Source: Deltaproteobacteria bacterium
GTDB taxonomy: Bacteria; Myxococcota_A; Polyangia; Fen-1088
Assembly: GCA_033763315.1 (NCBI GenBank)
Contig: JANRKS010000009.1
Coordinates: 96,001-160,000, forward strand
Reading direction: 5' to 3'
Length of the DNA: 64,000 nt
This document shows, in pieces, positions 9,940-18,400 of this stretch. Within the stretch, counting starts at the first letter, position 1; every line of letters starts with the position of its first letter. Under the pieces are notes generated by a model that was not told where the DNA came from, made no database searches, and saw only the letters and a list, made by a program, of their open reading frames with translations. A program made the translations under genes and the position numbers.

Positions 9940-10773
9940 TCAATTGCCAGGCAGGTGGCGCGCAAAGAACTTCGCCAAAGCTTGCGCGAGCACGTGTTTT
10001 TCGAGATCAATTCCGGCCAAGTGACCCGAGCGCGCAAGCCACAGGCGTTCCACATCTTCGCTGCCAAGGCTGCCAGCGATTTCAAGCGAATCCTCCAAGG
10101 GGATCGTTTCGTCCTTCTGACCGTGCGCCACCAATGCCGGCTGTTTGATGCTGGGCAAATCAGCACGCACCACCTGCATCAGATCCAACAAACGGTTGAG
10201 CGCCGGCAACGGCATCACAGGCAGGCCGGGGTTCTGGCTTTTCATCGCCGGATCCTGCACATCGGGTCCGCCCCACTTCGGCACATAACCGAGGGGGCTG
10301 TTCACCATGAAATCAGGCAGCTTGTTGAGCCATCGAATGCCGCGCACCTGCGACGCTTTCATACGTAAGGGCGTGGCCACAACCGCGAACGCCGCCACAT
10401 CTTGCGGCCGCTGCTTGGCCAAACGCAACGCCAGCAAACCACCCGTTGAAAAGCCAACCACGCCTGCCGGTCGCCCGTTGTTGGTCGCCAAGACCCGATC
10501 GAGCGCTTCATTCGCTGACGCCAGCCAGTCCTGCCAACCCGTCTTAACGAGAGCTTCGGGCGTTTGTGCGTGACCGGCCAACACGGGACCCACAACCGCG
10601 TATCCTTCCTTGCCGAGCGATTCGCCTAACGGACGCACCTCGAACGGCGTTCCGGTTAGGCCGTGCAAACAGACGATGCCTCCGCGTGTGCCCGCAATCG
10701 AAAACGGGCTGGTGTCGCCGCTGCCTTGGCTGGGCGTCTTGGTGAGCTTGGCCCAGGTTTCTTTGAAGGACAT
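9940..10773 (-). CDS. Alpha/beta hydrolase, carboxylesterase/monoacylglycerol lipase-like
   Basis: LHGLTGTP oxyanion motif, GFSTGG nucleophile elbow, HGQKDETI (Asp), SGHL (His). Confidence 0.85.
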   Translation of the reverse strand: MSFKETWAKLTKTPSQGSGDTSPFSIAGTRGGIVCLHGLTGTPFEVRPLGESLGKEGYAVVGPVLAGHAQTPEALVKTGWQDWLASANEALDRVLATNNGRPAGVVGFSTGGLLALRLAKQRPQDVAAFAVVATPLRMKASQVRGIRWLNKLPDFMVNSPLGYVPKWGGPDVQDPAMKSQNPGLPVMPLPALNRLLDLMQVVRADLPSIKQPALVAHGQKDETIPLEDSLEIAGSLGSEDVERLWLARSGHLAGIDLEKHVLAQALAKFFARHLPGN

Positions 10774-10978
10774 GTTCGTTCGGTTGGTGGTGGGAGAGTG
10801 TAAGGAACGGCTGGCTTGCACATCTTAGAGCGTAAGGCGCGCCACAGGAAGGCGTGTGTGCGGGAAAAAGTTGCCGAGTTCAGCAAAGTTACGCCCAAAA
10901 GACATTAAACCGGGACGGCGCGCCAGCCGAAGAGGGAAGGAGAAGGAAAACCGCCAAAGGAATGACGATGAGGCGGTT

Positions 10979-12493
10979 ATGCGACGGGAAAGCCGAACAA
11001 CAATGAATTTAGCCGTGTCAGAGGGCAACGCGCGCAAGGCAAGTGGCACGCCACGAAGCCCAAGCCGCGTGCGCCCGCAGACGCCGCATCGTCGCGTGTT
11101 GATCGTGGATGACGAGGAGAACCTTCGCCACATGCTGCAGCTGATGCTGCGCAAAGAAGGTTATGAATCAGTGGGCGTGGCTGACGTGCAAAGCGCGCTG
11201 CAGTCGTTGCAAAGTGATTCGTTCGACATCGTGCTCACCGATCTGCGTATGCCCGGGCGCAGCGGCATGGAACTGGTGGACGAGATCCGCCGCCAACGAC
11301 TGCCTTGCACGGTCGTTGTGATGACCGCCTACGGCAGCAAGGATGTGGCCATCCAAGCGCTTAAGCACGGAGCTTACGACTATATCTCTAAGCCGTTTGA
11401 TTCGGATGAACTGATCTTGCTCCTGCGCAAAGCCGAAGAGCGCGAACGCTTGGCGCAAGAGAACGTGCGTTTGCGCCGCCAACTGGCTCAGGTGCCGGCG
11501 GTGACCGGCGTGCCCGGCATGGTGGGCACCGCCCCGTGCATGGCTGACCTTTACCGAACCATTCAAAAGGTCGCTGAGTTTCGAACCACCGTGCTGATTC
11601 AAGGGGAATCGGGCACCGGGAAAGAGCTCGTGGCGCGAGCGCTTCACGCGCTTTCCCCGCGTCATGCGGCGCCCTTCGTGGCGATCAACTGCGGTGCGAT
11701 CCCGGGCACGTTGCTTGAATCCGAATTGTTCGGCCACAAACGCGGCGCCTTCACGGACGCAAGCCGCGATCACAAAGGCATGTTCGAAGAGGCCAACGGC
11801 GGCACGATCTTTTTGGACGAGGTGGCCGACATGCCCATGCCACTGCAGGTGAAGTTGCTCCGCACGCTGCAGGAGAGCCACGTTCGTCGTCTCGGTGATG
11901 AGCGTGATGTGCCGGTGGACGTGCGCGTGGTGGCGGCGTCGGCGCGCGAGCTATCTGAAGCTGTGGCGTCGGGGCAGTTTCGCAGCGACTTGTTTTATAG
12001 GCTCAATGTCATCACATTGCGCGTTCCGTCGCTGCGTGAACGGCGCGAGGACATTCCGGCTTTGGTTGCACATTTGCTTGAGCGGCTCAACGAACGATTG
12101 GGCTTGAGCATTCAACGCGTTTCCAACGCTGCGATGGCGGTTATGATGGATGCGCCTTGGCACGGCAACGTTCGCGAACTTGAGAACGCGCTTGAGCGCG
12201 CGATGGTGTTGGCCGAAGGCGATGAGGTCACCGCGGCTGGCTTGCCGGCGGGCCTTGCCACCGTTGCGTCCGGGCCTGCCGCTGATGTGCAGCTACGGCC
12301 CGCGTTGCGACGCGCAGAAGAGCGTGTCATTCGCGAAGCCCTGCAAAGCACGAACGGCAACCGAACGCAGGCCGCTTTGCGCCTTGGCGTTTCCCACCGC
12401 ACGCTGCTTTACAAAATTCGAGAACACGGACTGGGCGCTGACGACGTTCCCGCGCCAGAGGCAAGCGACGACGTTCAGGAGAATGAGAAATGA
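10979..12493 (+). CDS. Sigma54-dependent response regulator (NtrC/PilR family; PilR2-like position)
   Basis: Receiver (VDDE, TDLRMP, KPF), GESGTGKE, ESELFGH.RGAFTDA, FLDEV, GNVREL, Fis HTH; start uncertain (10979 or 11003). Confidence 0.92.
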   Translation: MRRESRTTMNLAVSEGNARKASGTPRSPSRVRPQTPHRRVLIVDDEENLRHMLQLMLRKEGYESVGVADVQSALQSLQSDSFDIVLTDLRMPGRSGMELVDEIRRQRLPCTVVVMTAYGSKDVAIQALKHGAYDYISKPFDSDELILLLRKAEERERLAQENVRLRRQLAQVPAVTGVPGMVGTAPCMADLYRTIQKVAEFRTTVLIQGESGTGKELVARALHALSPRHAAPFVAINCGAIPGTLLESELFGHKRGAFTDASRDHKGMFEEANGGTIFLDEVADMPMPLQVKLLRTLQESHVRRLGDERDVPVDVRVVAASARELSEAVASGQFRSDLFYRLNVITLRVPSLRERREDIPALVAHLLERLNERLGLSIQRVSNAAMAVMMDAPWHGNVRELENALERAMVLAEGDEVTAAGLPAGLATVASGPAADVQLRPALRRAEERVIREALQSTNGNRTQAALRLGVSHRTLLYKIREHGLGADDVPAPEASDDVQENEK

Positions 12494-12523
12494 CCCCGGA
12501 CGGGCGTAACGCAAACTACTTTT

Positions 12524-12552
12524 TTGACAGCGCATTCGATGCGGCTTACTGT
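12524..12552 (+). promoter_or_regulatory. Putative sigma70 promoter of the pilM operon
   Basis: TTGACA (12524-12529), 17 nt, TACTGT (12547-12552), ~85 nt before pilM ATG. Confidence 0.6.
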
Positions 12553-12637
12553 GGTTTACAATTCACCACATGTAGTTTCTGTTTCGTGAACCGGCGACAA
12601 CCTCGCGTAATCACACGCGAAGGGGAAGGACTGACGC

Positions 12638-13693
12638 ATGGCGCGTAACTGCGTAGGCCTCGACATAGGGTCGAGCTCGATCAAAATGGTCCAGTTAAAG
12701 GAAGCTTCCGACGGCATCCACCTGGTCAATTTTGGCATCGAGCTTCTGCCCTCCGAAACCATCGTCGACGGCGCCATTATGAACCAAACGGCGGTGGTGG
12801 AAGCCATTCGCCGGCTGCGCGACAACTTGCGCATTCGCCAAAAGGACGTGGCCACCGCCATTTCCGGGCACTCGGTGATCATCAAGAAGATCCAGGTGCC
12901 CGAGATGACGCCCGAGGAGCTTGAAGAGCAGATCCCGTGGGAGGCTGAACACCACATCCCGTTTTCCAAAGACGACGTTCACATTGATCACGAGATCCTG
13001 AACAAGAGCAACGGTCAGGGCCAGATGGACTTGATGCTGGTGGCCGCCAAGAAGGAAGTGGTGGAGGACTACTCACTGGTGGTGCGCGAGGCGAAGCTGA
13101 TGCCCAGCGTGATGGAGGTGGCGGCGTTTTCAGTGCAGAACGCCTTCGAGGTGGCTTACTCCATGCCTGCCGACGAAGCGGTGGTGCTGGTGAACGTGGG
13201 CGCTGCGCTTTCAAATATCAACATCGTGGCGGGCGGGACCAGCGCTTTTACGCGCGACGTGACGATGGGTGGCGACGCGTTCACAGAAGAAATTCAAAAG
13301 CGCCTGAACGTGAGTCGCGATGAAGCGGAAGCGTGGAAGATTGGCTCCACGGGCGACGGCGCGCACGAAGTGATTCCGCAAGAAGTGGAAGCGGTGTTGA
13401 CTGAAGTGGCCGAGAGCATGGCCGGCAAGTTTCAGCGCTCGCTCGATTTTTTCTTGGCCACCGCGGGCGATTTGAAGCTGACCAAAATCTATTTGTGCGG
13501 CGGCGCGTGCAAGGTGCCCGCGTTGCAGAAGGCGCTGGAATCCCGGGCCAAAGTGCCGGTGGAAGTGATGGATCCATTTCGCCGCTTCATCGTCGACGAG
13601 AAGAAGTTCGACATGACCTTCTTGCAGGAGCACGCGCCCGAGGCCACTGTCGCTGTGGGTCTTGGGCTGCGCCGCGTGGGGGATAGGCAATGA
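12638..13693 (+). CDS. pilM: Type IV pilus assembly protein PilM
   Basis: VGLDIGSSSIK, IVDGAIM, SVIIKKI, EA..HIPF, LVAAKK actin-like fold; GGAAGG SD. Confidence 0.95.
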   Translation: MARNCVGLDIGSSSIKMVQLKEASDGIHLVNFGIELLPSETIVDGAIMNQTAVVEAIRRLRDNLRIRQKDVATAISGHSVIIKKIQVPEMTPEELEEQIPWEAEHHIPFSKDDVHIDHEILNKSNGQGQMDLMLVAAKKEVVEDYSLVVREAKLMPSVMEVAAFSVQNAFEVAYSMPADEAVVLVNVGAALSNINIVAGGTSAFTRDVTMGGDAFTEEIQKRLNVSRDEAEAWKIGSTGDGAHEVIPQEVEAVLTEVAESMAGKFQRSLDFFLATAGDLKLTKIYLCGGACKVPALQKALESRAKVPVEVMDPFRRFIVDEKKFDMTFLQEHAPEATVAVGLGLRRVGDRQ

Positions 13694-14331
13694 TTCGCAT
13701 AAACCTCCTCCCCCAGAAGAAACAACGCAAAGCCGAGGCGGGCCAAAAGCAGCTCGTCTATATGGCGTTCTCGCTCTTGGTGGTGGTGGGCGGTCTGGTG
13801 GTGCTGCACATGAGCGTTCAAGGCGAGCTGGACGCCATCAACCGGGACAACCAAGTCATTCAAGCCGAGATCGACAGGTTCAAATCAGAGCTTGGCGACT
13901 ACGACAAAGTGCGCGCGCAGCGCGAAGAGCTTTTGCGCCAGCAAGATACGATCAAGAAACTCGAAGAGCGCCGGACGGGGCCCGTGTTCCTGTTGCGCGA
14001 AATCGCTGAGATCTTGACCGCAGGCAAGGGCCCCACGTTCGACCGTCTGACTTACGAAGAGACGGTCAGGCGCGATCCCAACTCGGGCTTCAACGCCGCG
14101 TGGGACGTGCGACGGGTGTGGCTGCAAAGCTTCGAAGAGCAGGAGCGCCACGTGAAGATCGCGGGCGCCGCGAAATCCAACGAAGACGTCGCTGAGTTCC
14201 TCAAACGGTTGCAGGCGTCTGTGTTCTTTCAGAACGTTGTTCTGGAGCAGACATCGCAGGTGGCTTCGGGACGCGCCAACACCAACGTGAAACACATGAC
14301 GTTCAACCTCAGTACCGGAGTGATTTACTGA
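13690..14331 (+). CDS. pilN: Type IV pilus assembly protein PilN
   Basis: MIRINLLP N-terminus, single TM, coiled coil, VWL..F; ATGA overlap with pilM. Confidence 0.92.
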   Translation: MIRINLLPQKKQRKAEAGQKQLVYMAFSLLVVVGGLVVLHMSVQGELDAINRDNQVIQAEIDRFKSELGDYDKVRAQREELLRQQDTIKKLEERRTGPVFLLREIAEILTAGKGPTFDRLTYEETVRRDPNSGFNAAWDVRRVWLQSFEEQERHVKIAGAAKSNEDVAEFLKRLQASVFFQNVVLEQTSQVASGRANTNVKHMTFNLSTGVIY

Positions 14332-14332
14332 C

Positions 14333-14926
14333 ATGAACGAACTTATCGCAAAGCTGCTGAAGCTGAAGACGCCCGCCAAGGTGGGCGCCTGCATTGGCGC
14401 AGCGGTTGCCATTTGTGGCCTCTACTACGTGGCGTTCTATCAAGACGTTGATGAGGGCATCACCCGCGCCAAGGCAGCCCAAGAAGCCGCCAAACAGGAA
14501 CGCGAATCTTACGAGAAACGCAAGACTGAATACTTGGCGTATCGCAACGAGCTGACGTTGTTGCAAGAAAAGCAGCGCGAAATTTTGCGCGCGCTGCCCA
14601 AGGAGCAAGAAATTCCATCGTTCATCAGCAGCATTCAAGAGCAGGCCGAATTGGCCGGTCTCGAAGTGCTGACGCTGAACATCGACGACGAGCTGCCCGA
14701 GCCGCTTTACATCAAAATTCCTGTGAAGATGGAAGTGCGCGGCAGCTACCACGCCATCACCAAATTCTTCAAGAGCGTGTCGGAGCTGCGGCGCATTGTG
14801 AACGTGGAAGAGTTGGCGATGAGCCCCGAGCGCACCGTGAGCGAGGCCGAAAGCGATGCGCCCGTGAAACTGCGCGCCCGCTTTATTGCGGCGACCTTCC
14901 GTTACCGCGAAGGCAAAGGGAGCTGA
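14333..14926 (+). CDS. pilO: Type IV pilus assembly protein PilO
   Basis: N-terminal TM, LP...EIPSF, G.YH.I..FF..V..L.RIVN; operon position. Confidence 0.92.
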   Translation: MNELIAKLLKLKTPAKVGACIGAAVAICGLYYVAFYQDVDEGITRAKAAQEAAKQERESYEKRKTEYLAYRNELTLLQEKQREILRALPKEQEIPSFISSIQEQAELAGLEVLTLNIDDELPEPLYIKIPVKMEVRGSYHAITKFFKSVSELRRIVNVEELAMSPERTVSEAESDAPVKLRARFIAATFRYREGKGS

Positions 14927-14928
14927 CC

Positions 14929-15468
14929 ATGAAGAATGTGCAAGCGCTTTTGATTGCAGGCAGTGTGGCCTTTGCGGGGGTGGGGACGGGCGCCTTGGCT
15001 CAGGCGCCAGCCAAGCCTGCCGCTGTGGCGACCGGCACCATCGCGCCTGCCGCGCCTGCCACCCCCGAACAGCGGATGACGGTGTTGCGGCGCAAGGTGT
15101 TGCGCGATGAGGATTTCGTTGAATCGGATGTGAATCGCGATCCCTTCCGATCGTTTATCTCCTTGTTTGAAACCAAGGCCGCGCCGACGTCTCGGGCGAT
15201 GCCCGCCATCTTCGATAAGTTTGCGCTTGAAGAGCTTTCGCTGATCGCGGTGATCTCCGGCACCGAACGGCCTATGGCCATGTTTCGAGATCCCGGAGGC
15301 ATGGGGCAGGTGATCAAGCGTGGTGACTACCTTTCAAAATCGGGGGCCCGGGTGACCAAGATCCTAGGCGACCGCGTAATTCTTGAGCTCAATGAGGTCG
15401 TCGGGACTGGCGAAGCCCGTGCGATCGAAAAAGCGATTCTCGTCAATCCGGAGGCAGCTCAACAATGA
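14929..15468 (+). CDS. pilP: Type IV pilus assembly protein PilP
   Basis: Signal peptide, RDPFRSF, F.LEEL.LIAVI, DP.G.G..IKRG; lies between pilO and pilQ. Confidence 0.85.
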   Translation: MKNVQALLIAGSVAFAGVGTGALAQAPAKPAAVATGTIAPAAPATPEQRMTVLRRKVLRDEDFVESDVNRDPFRSFISLFETKAAPTSRAMPAIFDKFALEELSLIAVISGTERPMAMFRDPGGMGQVIKRGDYLSKSGARVTKILGDRVILELNEVVGTGEARAIEKAILVNPEAAQQ

Positions 15469-18400
15469 GCCGAACGAAGGCAATCATGGGATCCATGGCC
15501 GCGCATAAGTGGATCGTCCTAACAGTGGCTGGCGCGTTGGTGCAGGTGCAAGCGCCTGCCGTGGCCGCGGCTCCGGCGTCTGCAGAGGCAGCGGCGGCGG
15601 GGCCGATCGTGGTGCAAGAGCAGCCTGATGGGCGTACGCGCTTGACCATACGAGCTTCCGCCAAACCAAAGTTCACAACTTGGAAGATGGAGCGACCATC
15701 GCGCGTGGTGGTGGACATCACTGGCGCCACCGTTGCTGGCGTGGAATCGCCGTTCGATGCGGGCACCTTCGCGGTTGGCAATGTCAGCGCAGGCACAGAG
15801 GCAAGCAAGACCCGCGTGACGCTTACACTGCGCCGAGGTGCGGATTACCAAGTGCAAGCGCAAGGCAACAACATCGTTGTAGACGTCACGCCGTGGGAGG
15901 CACCGCCTCGTGCAGCCGTCGCGTCAGATCCGGCGCTGCTTGAGGCTGCGCGCAAAGAAGCGGCAGACGCGGCCAAAGCGCGCGCGGAAGCCGAGGCGCG
16001 AGCGAATAAGGCCGAAGCGGAAGCCCACAAGGCTGTGGCTGCGGCGAACCAAGCGCAGGCCACAGTAAAATCTCTGGCGGAAGAGAAGCAACAGGCCGAA
16101 CGGGCGCGGCAAGAAGCGGCGGAGCGTGCGGCGCGTAGCGTGGCCGATGAACGCAAGCAAGCCGAACTTGCAAAGCAAGAAGCCGCAGCGCAAGCCGCGC
16201 GTCTTGTGGCCGAAGAACGTCGCCAAGCGGAACAGGTGCGCAAGCAAGCCGAACTTGCGAAGCAAGAGGCCGCAGCGCAAGCCGCGCGTCTTGTGGCCGA
16301 AGAACGTCGCCAAGCGGAACAGGTGCGGCAGCAAGCCGCTTTGCAAGTGCGCCAAACCGCCGCCGAGGCGTTGGCAAGACTGGACGCCGAAAAGGCTGCA
16401 TTGGAAGCGTCACGGGCGAAGGCCGAGGCTGCGCAGGTTGAAGCCGCGAAGATGACAGAAGCCCTGGCCACGGAACGCGCGGCGATCGAACGCGCGCGCA
16501 AGGGTGTGGAAGACGCCGCCCGTGCGGCTGCGGTCGCCAAGCAAGCCGCCACAGAAGGACAACGTCGCAGTGAAAGGGACGCGGCCGACAAGGCCGCCAA
16601 ACACCTGGCGCAAGAGCAAGCGGCACTTGATGTGCGGCGCGCACAGGCTCAAGCCTCCGAGCAAGCCGCCGTCCAGGCGATGCAACGCCTGGCCCTACAA
16701 ACGCGCGAGGTGGAAAGCCGTCAACAGCAAGCTGAACACGCGAGGGCACAGGCCCTGGCTGCCGCCCAAATGCTGGAGAAGGACCGTCAACAAGCGGCTT
16801 CTGCGCGTGCGGAGGCGGAGCGCTTGCGTGCCAACGCCCAGGACGCTGACCGCAAAGCCAAAGCTTTGCTCGCGGCGGCGATGGCCGAGCAGAAGCGGGC
16901 AGAGGAGCGGCAGAAACAAGGGCGCCAAGACGACGAGCAAGCCAGCCGTATGGTGGCGCAAGCCCGGCAACAAACCGAACAAGCTCGCGAGGCCGCAGAG
17001 GCTGCACGATCAGAGGTGGCGCGCTCCGAGGCCGAACGCAAACGATTGGTGAACGAGCGTGAGGCGCTCGCAAAACAACAAGCGGCGCTCGCCATGGCGG
17101 AGCAACAAGCCGCCGCCGTGGCAAAACGAGCGAACGACGTCACGGCCAAGGCTGCGGCCGTGGAAGCAGCGATGGCGCAGCTTGAGCGAGACAAGCAAAG
17201 CCTCGCGCAGCAACGCAAAGCCTTGGAAGCCGAGCAGGCCACGATTGCCGCCGCCGCCAGGGCCAATGCGGCCGAGCGCGAGAAGATCGACAGCAAAGCC
17301 TCGTCTTTTGAGAAGGCTATGAAAGATCAGCAGCTGGCGTTGGCAAAGGCCGCGGCGGCGCAAGAGCGGGAACAAGCGCGCTTGCGGCAAGCCGAACAAG
17401 AGCTCTTGGCAACCAAGGGTGAACTTGCAAAGCGGGAACAAGCCTTGGCTGCGGCGAAGAAGGATGCCCAAGGTAAACGCGCAAGCGAAGAGCAGGCAAA
17501 GTTGGATGCGGCTGAGGCTGCGCTGAAAAAGGCGCTCGCCGCCCACGCAGAGGCAGAACAACGTCGTCAATCACAAGAAGATAAACTGAGCGCGCTCGCG
17601 CTTGAGCGGCAATCGCTTGAAGCGAGCCGCGCCAAAATGGTGCAAGAGTTGGACGCCGTCAAATCCGAGTTGGCCTCGGCCAAAGCGGAAGTGGCCCGCC
17701 TCAAGGCCGCGCCGAAACCCGCCCCCGCGCCGGTGGTTGCCGTGGCCGCGGCGCCCGCGGTGCGCCCCGCCGTCGCGCCCGTTCAGGAGAACCACGTTGT
17801 TTACGCCGCTGCGGAACGTCCTCGCAGCGTCACCTTGCGTGTGCCCAGCCGCGTGAGCCGCATCGACTTTGTGGACGAGCCCGCGCGTTCGTCGGTGATC
17901 ATCGATCTCGAAGAGCCAACGGAATTCTCCATTGAACGCAGCACGGGCCGTCGTGTCACCCTGCGTTTGCATCACGCCGATTTGCCCAAGCTGCTCGAAC
18001 GCAGCATGGACGCCACTCAATATTTCGGCCCCGTACGCTTGATCAATTCGTACCGCGACCCAAGCGAACGTGGTTCTGTTCGCGTGGAGGTGGAACTGGC
18101 TGAAATGGTGCCGAACCGCGTGCGCACCGACGGCGCCCGGCTGTATTGGGATTTTGATAAGGCGCGACCGGGCAGCGCCGCCACCGTTGATGTGTTCGAG
18201 CTGCCTCCCGTGCGCGTGGCGGCGTTTCACACGATGGCCTTGCCTGTGATGGTGGCGCAAGAAGGCGCCGGGTCATCGCGTCGGCCTTCAGCCTCCAAGA
18301 AGCGCTTCACTGGCCGACGCATCGATCTTGATTTCAAGGGCGCCGACATCCACAACATCTTGCGCCTGTTGGCCGAGGTGGGCGGCGTCAACATCGTCAC

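Noticed and set aside
12500-12600. c-di-GMP-I riboswitch before pilM (ACGCAAA seen)
   Set aside because: Lacks the GAAA-capped first stem and second stem; the motif sits upstream of the predicted promoter
16152-16327. Possible CRISPR-like repeat
   Set aside because: Only two abutting copies, no spacers, in-frame within pilQ; no cas genes
15886-17124. 412-aa - strand ORF with internal repeat
   Set aside because: Mirror of the pilQ coiled-coil region and its 87-bp duplication
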